Source: an uncultured Methanosarcinales archaeon
GTDB lineage: Archaea; Halobacteriota; Methanosarcinia; Methanotrichales; Methanotrichaceae
Reading direction: 5' to 3'
NCBI GenBank assembly: GCA_963843555.1
Contig: CAWJKV010000017.1
Span: 16,084 to 80,083 of the forward strand
DNA length: 64,000 bases
Each line of letters begins with the position of its first letter. Position 1 is the first letter of the stretch. A program made the position numbers and the translations under genes. Below the pieces are notes generated by a model. That model searched no databases, had not been told where the DNA came from, and saw only the letters and a list, made by a program, of their open reading frames with translations. Of this stretch, positions 1 through 11,618 are shown in pieces.

Positions 1-526
1 CGGATAACAAAACTACCAGGCTTGTGGTCTTAATCTGGGATTCGAACTGTTCGGAGACATTCTTCAGGCTGGTTCCGCCCCTGGGAACGGTCTCGTCCAG
101 CTCAACAATCGACGAGAAGAGATTTCTCCGTCCCCGTTTGGGCTCCCCCGGGTAGAACTTATTGCAGTAGCGTGAAATGGCATACTTCTCGTTCTCCAAT
201 GTGGCAAGATATGCAAAACCGGCAGCCAGACGCGAGGCATATACGAACTTTCCGCTGTAGCCCATGCTGGCGCTGCTGTCCAGGAGAATATGCACGACGA
301 GGCTTCTCTCTTCCTCATGCTCCCGGATGTAAAGCTTCTCAGATCTCCCGTAGACCTTCCAGTCCACCAGCTTAAAGTCGTCTCCTTTGCGGTACTCCCT
401 GTAGCCGACAGGACTGATGCCGTGGCCGAAGCGCAGGGATTTCCTGCCCCCGCTGTAGGCGGTGGAGACGCGCTTCTTGACAAATAGGGCGAACCTTTCC
501 AGCTCTTTGAAGAACTCTGTATCCAT
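1..526 (-). CDS. DUF58 family protein (partial, runs off window start)
   Basis: Manual minus-strand translation from ATG 526: MDTEFFKELERFALFVKKRVSTAYSGGRKSLRFGHGISPVGYREYRKGDDFKLVDWKVYGRSEKLYIREHEEERSLVVHILLDSSASMG. REY..GDD..IDW and D-S-SM motifs; directly downstream of a MoxR gene. Confidence 0.85.
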   Translation of the reverse strand, partial: MDTEFFKELERFALFVKKRVSTAYSGGRKSLRFGHGISPVGYREYRKGDDFKLVDWKVYGRSEKLYIREHEEERSLVVHILLDSSASMGYSGKFVYASRLAAGFAYLATLENEKYAISRYCNKFYPGEPKRGRRNLFSSIVELDETVPRGGTSLKNVSEQFESQIKTTSLVVLLS

Positions 527-563
527 GATTTTATCCTATAAGATCCTTCAGATGGACATTCCT

Positions 564-1520
564 TCAGATAGACAGACTCCTCAATATGTCCGTAACCACC
601 TGGTCGCGCGTCAGCCCCTTGCGCTCCGCCTCAAAGCCCAGGATGATTCTGTGCCTCAATACAGGATAAGCCATGACATGCAGGTCTTCTTTGGAGACGT
701 AGTTCCGTCCTTGCAGGAAGGCTCTGGCCTTGGCAGAGAGGATGAGACCAATGGAGGCTCTGGGGCTGGCCCCATACTGGACGCCTTCCCACTTGCGCGT
801 GGCCTGGACAAGATCGACAACCGTTTTTTTCAATTCGTCGGAGACTGGTATGTCGCGACATAGCTGTTGCAGCGCGATAACCTCTTCCTTGCTGACCACC
901 TTTTCGACTTTTGGCTCCCCGCGAATGGTGTATCTCTCCAGGATCTCCATCTCCTCTGCCTTTGAAGGGTACTCCATGAAGATCTTGAGCAAAAATCGAT
1001 CCAATTGAGCTTCAGGCAAGGGAAACGTCCCTTCCATCTCAATGGGGTTTTGCGTGGCCAGAATGAAGAAAGGCCTATCCAGGAGATAGGTCTTGTTTCC
1101 TACGGTTACCTGCTTTTCCTGCATGGCCTCCAGGAGCGCGCTCTGGGTCTTGGGAGATGCCCTATTGATCTCATCCGCCAGGACGATGTTGGAAAAGACA
1201 GGCCCGGCCTCAAACCGGAACTTCTTTCCTCCATCGGTCTCATCGATGATGGTAGTGCCGGTAATGTCAGCAGGCATCAGGTCCGGAGTGCATTGAATCC
1301 TGCTGTAATCAAGGCCCAGGCTCAATGCGGTTGTCTTTACCAGAAGCGTCTTGGCAAGCCCCGGATTGCTCTCCAGGAGGGCATGGCCTCCGGAAACAAT
1401 GGCGACCAAGAGCTGCTCTATGGCCACATTCTGGCCGACCATGACTTTATCTATCTCGCGCCGGAGCTTCTGGAAGATCTCAGGAGCTCTGCTGTATACT
1501 GATTTGAGGTCCTCCGACAT
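564..1520 (-). CDS. moxR: MoxR family AAA+ ATPase
   Basis: 318-aa ORF with HALLESNPGLAKT (Walker A), RIQCTPDLMPADITG, LADEINRASPKTQSALLEAMQE, ATQNPIE, GTFPLPEAQLDRF. Confidence 0.95.
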   Translation of the reverse strand: MSEDLKSVYSRAPEIFQKLRREIDKVMVGQNVAIEQLLVAIVSGGHALLESNPGLAKTLLVKTTALSLGLDYSRIQCTPDLMPADITGTTIIDETDGGKKFRFEAGPVFSNIVLADEINRASPKTQSALLEAMQEKQVTVGNKTYLLDRPFFILATQNPIEMEGTFPLPEAQLDRFLLKIFMEYPSKAEEMEILERYTIRGEPKVEKVVSKEEVIALQQLCRDIPVSDELKKTVVDLVQATRKWEGVQYGASPRASIGLILSAKARAFLQGRNYVSKEDLHVMAYPVLRHRIILGFEAERKGLTRDQVVTDILRSLSI

Positions 1521-1662
1521 TATTCTCTCCTTTTATCATTTTCTGGAGGGGTTTATGTTCTAATTATACTTTTTCCAGGTATTAGCCAGGGCATCAATGC
1601 AAGATAAGCCTTCCTGGAAAGATGTAAATATAAAGAAACAATAGTTATAAAAGGAGATATAG

Positions 1663-2064
1663 ATGGCTGACGTTGATTCCATAGGAGCCACGGTAGATGA
1701 GCTTATCAAGGCTCTCTCGGCCAAGAACATAATCGGTGAGCCGATAGAGATGGAGGATAAGGTCATCATACCCATTACCAAGATGGGCATGGGCTTTGGC
1801 ACCGGTCAGGGAGGCCAAGAGGCAAATAAAGGCGTCTCAACAAGCGGAGCAGGCGGCGGAGTGGGGGTCTTTCCTGTCGCGGTTATGATCGTCTTCAAAG
1901 GAATTGCCGGGCCTGAAGGGGTAAAGGTTATTCCTCTATCAAGCCAGAGCTCCATCACGGAACCTGCAACCGGCATCACGGATAACATTATAGAAAAGAT
2001 AATCCACTACCTGGAGAGCAAAGAAAAGAAGCCTTCACACACGGCCACCGTCGATATAGAATAG
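1663..2064 (+). CDS. GerW/YtfJ family protein
   Basis: IIGEPIE..DKVIIPITK.GMGFGTG and GAGGGVGVFPVAV motifs. Confidence 0.85.
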   Translation: MADVDSIGATVDELIKALSAKNIIGEPIEMEDKVIIPITKMGMGFGTGQGGQEANKGVSTSGAGGGVGVFPVAVMIVFKGIAGPEGVKVIPLSSQSSITEPATGITDNIIEKIIHYLESKEKKPSHTATVDIE

Positions 2065-2086
2065 ATTGCAGCTGAGGGCTGACAGG

Positions 2087-2804
2087 ATGCAATTTCTCTT
2101 CCTTATATTGGCGCAGTCTTCGATTCCCGCAGCACTATTTCCAGGAGTCTCATTTCCACCAGCCCTATTTTCTGCTAGCCTTATTCATCCTGTTATTGAT
2201 AATTCTTTTATTCATTCTTCTCGCCATTCCCATTCACCTCAACTTGAATTTTAGCAAGCAAGGTCCATTAATGCGAGGAAGCTACAGAATAGCCTGGCTT
2301 GGATTCGTTTTGAGGAAAAGAGAGGTTTTTCCGCAACCAGCAGCGGATTCATTGGCATCGATCTCGGAAAAGGATGCTGAGGCAGAAAAAGGCAAGGTAT
2401 ATGAAGGAGGGAAAGCGGAGGGTTCAAGAGATGGGCAGAAGAGTGATATCAAGCGATCGCCTGAGCTGAATTCCTTCCTGAATGCGGCTCCTGCTATTGC
2501 ACATCTCTTTATCGACCTTTTAAAATCAATCGTCTTTCAGAAGCTCTACTGCCGCCTTTGCTTTGGATTGAACGATCCTGCAGAGACGGCAGTAGTGTCT
2601 GGCTATCTCTGGTCTATGGCGTCGACGCTGGGCCTCTTTCAGGCAAAGGTCTCCATTGAGCCTTTCTTTGAGGGAGAGCGGTTGGAGGGAGAATTTGCTG
2701 CTGAGCTGAGGATCAGATTGCTCTGGATAGCGAAGGCAGTTATCGATGCCTTCCGGGAAAAGGAGATAAGATCGCTCATTAGAGAAATCGCCGGGTGGGA
2801 TTGA
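2087..2804 (+). CDS. DUF2953-like membrane-anchored protein (N-terminus apparently frameshifted)
   Basis: Hydrophobic N-terminus and C-terminal FGLNDPAETAVVSG motif; usual neighbour of YtfJ; probable ATG 2087 is in a different frame from ORF 2196..2804. Confidence 0.65.
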
Positions 2805-2806
2805 AC

Positions 2807-3103
2807 ATGCCAGAGCTGAAGCTTCCAAAGGTTGTAACAGAGATCCGGGTATGCAAGGAGATAACGGCTGGCGCCAGAACCATTTTTATTGTGGTCAGGA
2901 TCTCCCTCCTGGAGTCTGATGATGGGAAGATCCGTGGAAGCTGGATAATGCCTCACGCCATGCTCATCGTCGAGCCTGGAAGGCAATATGCGATCGACAT
3001 CAATGGCGAGCAGATGAGCATCGAGACGATTCTGGAAGTGGCTCCTTCTCTGAAGGAAATTGTGGAAAAAGCTCGCGAAATTCACAGGATTAGAGTGGAT
3101 TGA
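2807..3103 (+). CDS. hypothetical protein, co-oriented with the YtfJ cluster
   Basis: ATG 2807 immediately after the previous stop; protein-like composition. Confidence 0.65.
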   Translation: MPELKLPKVVTEIRVCKEITAGARTIFIVVRISLLESDDGKIRGSWIMPHAMLIVEPGRQYAIDINGEQMSIETILEVAPSLKEIVEKAREIHRIRVD

Positions 3104-3124
3104 AATAGAATCACAATAGTTATT

Positions 3125-3697
3125 ATGACTCTTCATCTCAATAAATCCGGTCTTCGCGTTTTAGGAGTCGCGGAGAGCTTTGTGCGCACAAGTTCCACCT
3201 CTATTCTGGCAGGCGTGGTCATGCGGGCAGACCTCTGCGTGGACGGCCTGGCCTATGCGCGGGCCACTGTGGGCGGCAATGATGCCACAGAGGCCGTGCT
3301 GAACCTCTATAGACAGTTGGACCGGGCGGATGTGAATGCTCTTCTCCTGAGCGGCATGGCCATAAGCTGGTTCAACATCATCGACCTCAATGAGGTTTGG
3401 GACGAAATTCAACAGCCAGTGGTCTGCCTGACCTATGAGGAGTCGCCGGGCCTGGAAAATTACATTCGCGCGTATTTCCCCCAACCGGAAGAGAAGCTGC
3501 GCCAATATGAGGCCTCAGGTGAACGCGTCCCTTTGCTTCTCAAGACTGGCTACGAAGTCTACGTACGCTCTTTTGGTGCCTCCAATGAGGATGCCAGGAT
3601 TCTGCTCAATAAATTCACCAGAGACGGCCGGGTGCCGGAGCCTGTAAGGGTGGCAAGGCTGGCGGCGCGAGCAGGGCTCCGAGCCGGATGGCTCTAA
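3125..3697 (+). CDS. DUF99 family protein (endonuclease V-like fold)
   Basis: RVLGVAESF, GVVMRAD, VGGNDAT, WFNIIDL, GRVPEPVRVARL motifs. Confidence 0.85.
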   Translation: MTLHLNKSGLRVLGVAESFVRTSSTSILAGVVMRADLCVDGLAYARATVGGNDATEAVLNLYRQLDRADVNALLLSGMAISWFNIIDLNEVWDEIQQPVVCLTYEESPGLENYIRAYFPQPEEKLRQYEASGERVPLLLKTGYEVYVRSFGASNEDARILLNKFTRDGRVPEPVRVARLAARAGLRAGWL

Positions 3698-3933
3698 GAT
3701 CCAGATCCGCCTTTATTTTACAAACCCAGCTCAATAGCTGATCTTTGGGCAGAATAGATTTGAGCGAACCTATTCCGAGATAATTGCATGCGATAGAAAA
3801 GGGCAGAGTTGTTAAACCGCCATCTTTTAATGCAATTGAAGGCGAAAATAGAGGTCACAAATCATCATGATAGTCGAAGATCGGATTAATGCAATTCGAT
3901 ATTTGCAGAAGTTTCAAATATAAGTCATCTTTT

Positions 3934-6902
3934 ATGGGACAGGAAATGCAAACCGATCCACTGCAGAGAATCTCCCAACTTCGAGCTCAATTAGACGGTC
4001 TCAGAGCCAGGGGCCTGGCGGATCCGGATATTCTATCCAGTACGCTGTCTCATGCCTCATCCGAGCTGCAGACGATAGAAAGATTGCTTATGGAAAAAGG
4101 CAAGGAAGAAAGTGCAAGTCTCGCCTTCACAGACAGAAGAGATTATCTGGAAAAAATAATAAATTCTATTGGCGACCCGATTCATGTCAAAGACAGGCAG
4201 CACCGGGTAGTTCTGGTCAACGATGCCGCCTGCAAGCTCTTCGGCTGCTCGCGGGAGGATATGATGGGCCGGACAGCTTATGAGCTGTTCCCCTCCGAAG
4301 TGATGGCGGATATCTCCTGGGAGAAGGACGAGGAAGTATTCACTACTGGAAAGGAGAATGTTAATGAGGAGACGAATACCTATGCTCCCGGGGTGACACG
4401 CACAGTCCTTGCCAAGAAGAGCCTCTACAAGGACAAGTCAGGAAACGAGTTTCTCGTAGGAATTACGAGAGATATCACTGATAGCAAAAAGGCAGAAGAA
4501 GCTCTTCGAGAGGCCAGGGATTACCTTGAGAACTTGATCGACTATGCTAACGCACCTATCATCGTCTGGGACTCGTCCTTCAGGATAACGAGATTCAACC
4601 ATGCATTCGAGAGACTGACCCAAAAGAGCTCTGCCGAAGTGCTGGGCAAGCATCTGGAGATCCTGTTCCCTGAGAGTAGCAAGGCAAAGTCCCTGGAACA
4701 TATCAAGCGCACATCTTCAGGAGAACGTTGGGAAGTCGTGGAGATTCCCATTTTAAGGGCTGACGGCTCTGTTCGGATAGTCTTATGGAATTCAGCCAAT
4801 ATCTACGATAAAGATGGGACCACGATCCTGACCACGATTGCCCAGGGCCAGGATATCACAGAACGGAAACATTCTGAAGATGCAATCAAGGAATCTGAAA
4901 GGCGCCTGACGGATATCATAGATTTCCTGCCGGATGCAACTTTTGTTATCGATAAGGAAGGCAAGGTGATGGCCTGGAACAGGGCCATTGAGGCCATGAC
5001 CGGGGTTCGGGCCAGGGATATTCTGGGAAAGGGAGACTACGAATATGCCATTGCCTTTCTACGGCGAGAGGAGGCCTGTTCTTATCGATCTGGTGCTCCA
5101 AGACATAAAAGAAATCGAAAATAAATATGACTATGTCAAGAGGAAAGATGAAGCTCTGGAAGGGGAGGCGTATATGCCGAACATGAAAGAGGGAGCTGTC
5201 TACCTCTTTGGAAAAGCCGCCGTACTATACGATTCGGCAGGAAATGTCTTTGGAGCAATCGAGTCTATAAGGGATATCACAGAGCGGAAGAAGGCTGAAG
5301 AGGGCCTGGCCCAGGAGAGAAACAAGGCAGACAATGAGCGGCGACGGCTCAAAGCCGTATTGGATGCTCTGCCGGTCGGTGTGTTCATCGTCGATACCGA
5401 TGGGAAAATCGCACAGATAAATAAGCAGGCCGACCGCATCTGGTGCAATTCAGCACCGACATCCGAGGTTGTCGATTGGAGGATGTATAAAGGGCGCTGG
5501 GCCAGTTCAGGAGGCTGTCATCAAGCATGAAGACTGGCCGCTCTACAGGTCGCTGAATCTCGGTGAGACCAACATCGCCCAGGCTATAGAGATCGAGAGG
5601 TTTGATGGCAGCCGGGGAACAATACTCTCCTCCAGTGCTCCCATAAGGGATGATCAGGGAAAGATCACGGGCGCAGTCTCCGTCATACTGGATATAACAG
5701 AACGTAAGGTGATGGAGGAGGAACTGCAGAAGGCCAAGGAGGCTGCGGAGGAAGCAGTCAGGGCCAAGTCCGAGTTCCTGGCAAATATGAGCCACGAGAT
5801 CCGAACTCCTCTCAATGCGGTGGTAGGTCTGACAGGATTGCTATTGAGTGCGGATTTGACGCCGGAGCAGAGGGATTATGTGGAGACCGTGCAGAGCAGC
5901 GGCAACTCACTGCTCTCGGTTATTAACGATATACTGGACTTTTCCAAGATCGAGGGGGGCAAGATGGAGCTGGAGAACCAGCCCTTCGATCTGCGTAACT
6001 GCCTCAAGGTGGCAGCGGATCTGGTGAGAGCGGCGGCGCTGGAAAAAGGATTGACTCTGACATTCACCCTGGACGAACGCCTGCCTGTGGCCTTCAAGGG
6101 TGATGTCACAAGGCTCCGTCAGGTGTTGGCGAACCTCCTCAGCAATGCCGTCAAATTTACGGATGCCGGGATGGTTGTGGTCCGGGTCACTGGAAGGCCT
6201 ATTGAGATGAAAAAGCCAATCAAAGAATATGAGCTTCATTTTTCCATTCAAGATACAGGCATTGGCATTGCTAAAGAGAAGGTCGATAGGCTATTTCATT
6301 CCTTCAGCCAGATAGATTCATCGATTACGCGCAAATACGGCGGAACCGGCCTGGGTCTCGCCATCAGCCGCAGGCTTGTCGAATTGATGGGCGGCGAGAT
6401 CTGGGTGGATAGCCAGCCAGGGAAAGGCTCCACCTTCCACTTCACGATTCTTGCCGAAGAAGCTATGGCCCTGCCGACCCCCGTCGACGCTCCGGCTCAG
6501 CCTAAGAGGGCGGCATCGCGAGATGGGTCCGGGCCGAGGTCCAGGCAGCCGCGAATTTTATTGGCGGAGGACAATGCCATCAACCAGAAGGTCGCGATTC
6601 AGATGCTGAAAAGGCTGGGCTACAGCGCAGACGTGGCTGCCAACGGCCGGGAGGCTTTGCAGGCGCTGGAGCGTCAATCCTACGACATTGTTCTCATGGA
6701 TGTGCAGATGCCGGAGATGGACGGTTTGGAAGCGGCGGGCAGGATTCGAGAACTCTGGCCCTGCGGCCCCAGGATCATAGCCCTCACCGCCTACGCCCTG
6801 GAGGGCGACAGGGAGAGGTGCCTTGCCGCAGGCATGGACGAATATATCAGCAAGCCCATACAGCTAGAGGAGTTGCGAAGGGCTCTGGAGATCTTCGATT
6901 AG
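3934..6902 (+). CDS. Multi-PAS hybrid sensor histidine kinase/response regulator (split over 3 ORFs by indels near 5050 and 5500)
   Basis: Repeated PAS/PAC units ending DITERK, H-box [38 protein letters not shown], receiver [20 protein letters not shown]. Confidence 0.9.
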
Positions 6903-7321
6903 TGGAAACCAAGACCGGGACTGTTCGACTTCGACTTGGAAACGATCTCCGCGGCTTGAAAAGGCTTGAAAACAGTTAACTGAATGAATTCTGGACGTTG
7001 CATATCGAATAGGGATTTAATGGCAGGAGGACATCCCATTGTCCAACCGCTCCTGCCACTGCGGTAAGGACAAGTCCCCACTCTCCCACCGCGCCAATTA
7101 GATGAATATCGCCAAAGTTAATAATTCTTTTTTTCATGTAGATCTTATGTAGATCTGATATAGATCATTTATGATTAAGATGAACGGATATAATGATTGA
7201 GCAATGCCTCGATCTGATTTATTTACCTTCATATTGTCCAAGAGCAGACCTTTTTGGGGAAGCCTCCAATTCGAATTATGGACCGAAATATTCTTCTACA
7301 GTCACGTATTTATGCAGAAGT

Positions 7322-8866
7322 ATGTGCAAGCCATTACAAAGCAAACGATCACTTATTTTCCTTTTGATGCTTATTATCTTTTCACAAATATGGATATTCA
7401 ATGCCTGCGGTCTCACCAACCTGGACTACCATCTCAGCAAGTCAAAGTACGCAGAGGCCTCTATATCGGAAGAGACGGGCTATCATGGCTCAAATTCTGC
7501 GAGCCTCTCCGTTGTCAACAAGGGCACTTACTCCAGGGTCTCGATCTACCTGGACGATCCCATGCCCCTGGAAGAGCTTGATCAAATGAGCATGTGGGTT
7601 AATCCTCAGTTGGGCAATGGAAAGATCCAGCTCGATCTCTTTCTCGATGGTGATCGAAATGATCGCTATGAAAGCAAGAACTCCCTGGATGCAAGGATCC
7701 GCTCTATAAGCAAATCCTGGTCTGATCTGGGAGTGTCTCATTCTCAGTGGAATAAACTGGACGGCTTCGACCTGGATTTTGAGAAATACGGAGACAAATC
7801 CGTTCCCACTGGTTGTCTGGAGGATTTAAGGAGCAGGCTGAAGGGCAAGGCAGTCGTTCAGATCTATATTACTGTTTATAAAGACCCAAAAGTGCCTGAA
7901 ACGACCGCCTTTCTCGATTTTATAAAGATAGGTGATGAGATCCTCACTTTCGAGCCCCTGGAGGATGAAGATATCAAGGAAGGCCCCAAATCCGCTACCC
8001 CAGGCGGCCAGATAACCTACACCATAACCTACGGAAACAACCGATTGCAGCCCGTGGACCTGGTAGTCAGGGAAGAATATGATCAGCGGACTGTATTCAT
8101 AGATTCCTATCCCCGGCCCGATCCCGGCACCAATAATATCTGGACCTTCCGGGATCTGCCTCCAGGCAAGCACGGCCAGATCAAGATCATCATGAAGACC
8201 GTCAAGCCCGCAGCAAAGGCGGATATCAACGGCGAAGTGCGAGGCACGGGATTCGCTTCTACCAGAGGCAAGCTTTCCACGGATTTTGAAGGCTACACCG
8301 TCACTAACAATGTGCAAATTTCTTCGGGCGAGTTCAGGTTCACCGACTCCGTCACCACCCTAATCAAACCGATAGTCGGATCGACTCTGGTCTTTGGCGA
8401 ACACGGATCAGGCACCTATCAGGCAGAGGAGCAGCTGGATTACAACTCTGTAAGCATAACAGCAAAGCGCGACATCTTGGCAAGCTCATCTCCAGCTCAC
8501 CTCAACCTCTCCCGCCGTTCCATCGCCCTGGAGGGAAGCTGGGCCGCTGGCCTCAGGGCCGAGAACGATTATCGAGACCTGCGCTGGAGCGACGAATACT
8601 CCCAGGCGAGCCTTCTCAACCTGAGCTATAAAACCAGTCTCGGTAAGACGCTCTCCTACCTGGAGACATCCGGCCAGATCACCGGCATCGCGGACCGAAG
8701 CATCGAGTGGCCAGAGGGCTTCACCGATCAGCGGCTGGCCGGCAACTTCACACTGCAGGGCAAGGCCAGATGGAAGCGAACGAGCTCCCGCGTCAGCCCG
8801 CCTTCGAAGGATGAGCTGGACTGCTGTATGTTGATTGGGGAGAGGGCGGTATTGGATGAGATCTGA
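7322..8866 (+). CDS. Secreted/surface protein with DUF11-like Ig domain
   Basis: Signal-like LIFLLMLIIFSQIWIF; KSATPGGQITYTITYGN..WTFRDLPPG is DUF11-like. Confidence 0.65.
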   Translation: MCKPLQSKRSLIFLLMLIIFSQIWIFNACGLTNLDYHLSKSKYAEASISEETGYHGSNSASLSVVNKGTYSRVSIYLDDPMPLEELDQMSMWVNPQLGNGKIQLDLFLDGDRNDRYESKNSLDARIRSISKSWSDLGVSHSQWNKLDGFDLDFEKYGDKSVPTGCLEDLRSRLKGKAVVQIYITVYKDPKVPETTAFLDFIKIGDEILTFEPLEDEDIKEGPKSATPGGQITYTITYGNNRLQPVDLVVREEYDQRTVFIDSYPRPDPGTNNIWTFRDLPPGKHGQIKIIMKTVKPAAKADINGEVRGTGFASTRGKLSTDFEGYTVTNNVQISSGEFRFTDSVTTLIKPIVGSTLVFGEHGSGTYQAEEQLDYNSVSITAKRDILASSSPAHLNLSRRSIALEGSWAAGLRAENDYRDLRWSDEYSQASLLNLSYKTSLGKTLSYLETSGQITGIADRSIEWPEGFTDQRLAGNFTLQGKARWKRTSSRVSPPSKDELDCCMLIGERAVLDEI

Positions 8867-9027
8867 TGAGATGGCTGGAAAAGGGGAGAAGGTTGAGAAT
8901 CTCCTCAAGGCATGACAATCGCTCCTGCTCGCTCGCCCGCCCGAGCCCACCCGCAGGCCTATATGTTTTTATCTCAATAGAGTCACTACAACCAATAATC
9001 GGAAAAAAATTCAGAGCCGAGGTGAAT

Positions 9028-10164
9028 TCATATCCCCCATGCCTCCCTAATGACAAATGTATAATCAATATTATCTAGTATTGAAGGATTCGCTCTAATT
9101 AGATCCGCTTTTGCAAGGCATATTAAGAAAAGCAAATTTGCATAAGAATCAAAGGAATACCTGTAAGTTCCGTCATTCGTAAGGTCGATAAGATTATCCA
9201 AGAAAGATTTAAACATTTTTCTCAATGCATCTCTGCCCCATTGATCTGCGTCTCTTAGAATTTCATCAAATTCCTCAAGATTTTCGACTTTGAATCTTCT
9301 CAATAGTTTCTCAAGATCCGCAATATTCTCATAGTTCCAAAAATGTTTTTCAATATCAATACTAATCGATATATCTTTGTCCGTATGATATAAACCCAGT
9401 ATTTCTAGAACGAGTTTATTTGATATTTTCATCCACTTCTCGTCTTGCTTAGTAAATGTAAGATATGCTAATAATGATAAGGAATTTAATTTTATTTTAA
9501 GATATCCCCATGTTATATCGCTTAGATATTTCCCATTTAATGATTCAGTATCATATTTTAAATTTTGGAATTCTTCATCTGCAAGTTCAAATAATGCCAT
9601 TAAGCGATATACTCGCCTTTTTATTTCAACCGGGATATCCTCATCTTTCTTATATCTTATTTCATGATCCATTTCTGCCCAAGCATGCTGCAATATAGTT
9701 CTAACTTGGATTTCTGCTTTAAATTCCTTATACTCGACCCATTCAGGCAAACCTCGTCTAGAAGAAGACAAAGAAATAATATGATGGACTGATTTATATC
9801 CAAATTGATCAATAGCTAATGTAGTTGATTTATCTAGTGAATTTTTCCCGTCTATTTTAAATTCTTTTTTTATTATGCTATTTATTTTTTCAATATCATC
9901 AAGATAATATGTTATTATTCTTATTCCAACAATGTCGGTGATATCATTTAAAGGATTTTTATATCCTTTTCCCTCTCTAATTTTTCTTTCAATTTTTTCT
10001 TTATAGCTTAATTCAGATTTAGTTCTTGAAGATATCTGTGCAGTTATGTCTTCTCTTTTTAGGAGTGCTTCCATAAGACTTTTTAACAAATTCTCGAATT
10101 TTTTAAAGTCCTCTCTCTTTGAATGGTATTCTTCTTCCCATCCTCTTTGTCTATCTTCCATCAT
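9028..10164 (-). CDS. RelA/SpoT synthetase-domain protein (small alarmone synthetase-like) with C-terminal extension
   Basis: SRTKS..S..EK, DIVGIRII, GYKSVH, EIQVRTILQHAWAEMDHEIRYK; markedly AT-rich relative to neighbours. Confidence 0.9.
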   Translation of the reverse strand: MMEDRQRGWEEEYHSKREDFKKFENLLKSLMEALLKREDITAQISSRTKSELSYKEKIERKIREGKGYKNPLNDITDIVGIRIITYYLDDIEKINSIIKKEFKIDGKNSLDKSTTLAIDQFGYKSVHHIISLSSSRRGLPEWVEYKEFKAEIQVRTILQHAWAEMDHEIRYKKDEDIPVEIKRRVYRLMALFELADEEFQNLKYDTESLNGKYLSDITWGYLKIKLNSLSLLAYLTFTKQDEKWMKISNKLVLEILGLYHTDKDISISIDIEKHFWNYENIADLEKLLRRFKVENLEEFDEILRDADQWGRDALRKMFKSFLDNLIDLTNDGTYRYSFDSYANLLFLICLAKADLIRANPSILDNIDYTFVIREAWGI

Positions 10165-10384
10165 CCTAGCCTCATGATTCCTAGATCGTCAATCTATGCA
10201 AAATACTTCGTTATTTCTTCTAGCTTCTTTCCAAGATCTTCGCCCATTCAATCATATCACCGAAGGAGAGACTTTTATTATTTAACTATTTCACGTTTTC
10301 TTCGGAACTATACTCATTTTTAACCCTATCCTAAATAAGCATTTGACACTAGGATAAAATCACTATGCTGAACGGGTGTGACTG

Positions 10385-10905
10385 ACGAGAGCTCAAATTC
10401 ATTGATTTCGTTACCGCCAAAATAAGGCCGATATTCGGATCGACTCTTTTCTTTAGGGAATACGAATCAGGCCCTTATTAAGCAGATGGACATTGGATTA
10501 AGGTCTGTCAGCATAACTGCAAACTTGTGAGGGAATGTCTCCAGCTCTCCTTCAAACCTCTCCTGTCGATATATCGTCTTGAATGGAAGCTGATGTGTCA
10601 ATCTCAAGGCTGAGAACGATTATCGAGACTTTCGCTAGAGCAACGAATATATCCAAGCGAGCCTGCTTAGCCTGAGACAATCAAATCCGTCATGGCAAGA
10701 CTAATTCCCATCTAATGACGTCCGGCCAAATCTCCAAGATCGCTGATATGAACATCAAGTTGCCTGACGGCCTCATCGATCAGCAGCTAATCGGTAGCTT
10801 CACAACGCAATAAGGCCAGATGGAAGATGTCCAACAAGAAGCAAGCCTGCCTTCGCCCGACAGACTGGACTGCCGCATCCGGATTCAGGAGCCGGCAATA
10901 AGGAT
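10385..10905 (+). pseudogene. Decayed duplicate of the 3' third (~8325-8860) of the 7322..8866 gene
   Basis: Collinear shared blocks tcggatcgactct, gagaacgattatcgagac, aaggccagatggaag, ctggactgc; stops and indels in the copy. Confidence 0.85.
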
Positions 10906-11004
10906 GTCGATCTGATATGAGACGACGGTTGGACGATCAAATTGATCATATCGAATGAAAGGGATCAACAGATGAGCGGGAAACGACAGAAATATGGTCT
11001 TGCC

Positions 11005-11589
11005 ACACCCTCGCCCACACGCACGCGCGCGAGCGCTCGCCCGCAAGCACGGAGGGCTGCAGGTGATGAAGATCTGCTCCACGACCTATTTTCCGGCTGA
11101 GGACGGCATAGGTAGACCATCGGCAATCCGTCAACATTTGGACTCTTTATCAGTCTGCAGCTTGACCGCCGTCGCTCGGCCGGCCGCGGCCTTGAGCGGC
11201 GCCCCGCACCCATAGCGCGGGAGGCCAGCAGGCCGACTCGCGGCACCCCAGAAGAATGTGCGAACGTTGTCCCTGCAAGCATCAGACCAGATAGATCCCA
11301 TCAGATAATATATAAATAAATTCTATTCGCAGAAAAATCATACCAAAACTTCTTCCGGGATTCCGCGCGGTGTTACGCGCTGGGGGTGACGGGGTCCACT
11401 CCAGGCCGTGGCGGCCCCCCTGACCCCGCGTCCGCGGGGAACAATCTATGAAGCCCTGCCCTTTATTCTTCGACGTGTTTGAGAAGGCTCGCAGACGGGG
11501 TGCATATCCAACAGCTCAGATTGATGAACGCCCGCCGCCAGGGCATCTCCGGCGCTGGTCCCGCCTGCGCAAACTATTTTGCTAAGTAG
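11005..11589 (+). repeat. TPR-associated structured repeat, copy 1 (blocks C, A, spacer, B, D)
   Basis: Aligns by eye with 12541..13198 over its whole length and with 21897..22145 (reverse) over blocks A-B. Confidence 0.9.
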
Positions 11590-11618
11590 GTCACATGATC
11601 GAATGCGGAGGAAGGCCC

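Noticed and set aside
10385..10905. Non-coding copy of a gene 3' end as a DGR template repeat
   Set aside because: Differences are not adenine-specific (many C/T changes and indels), the copy is ~500 bp, and no reverse transcriptase is present
11153..11441. Scaffold repeat as integron attC or group II intron remnant
   Set aside because: RYYYAAC appears only in copy 3 with no matching GTTRRRY box, and no domain V (AGC triad) hairpin is recognisable on either strand
11448..11589. Block D as a conserved small peptide gene (also 12917..13198)
   Set aside because: Reading frames differ between the two copies and no shared start exists; cannot be supported without polished sequence
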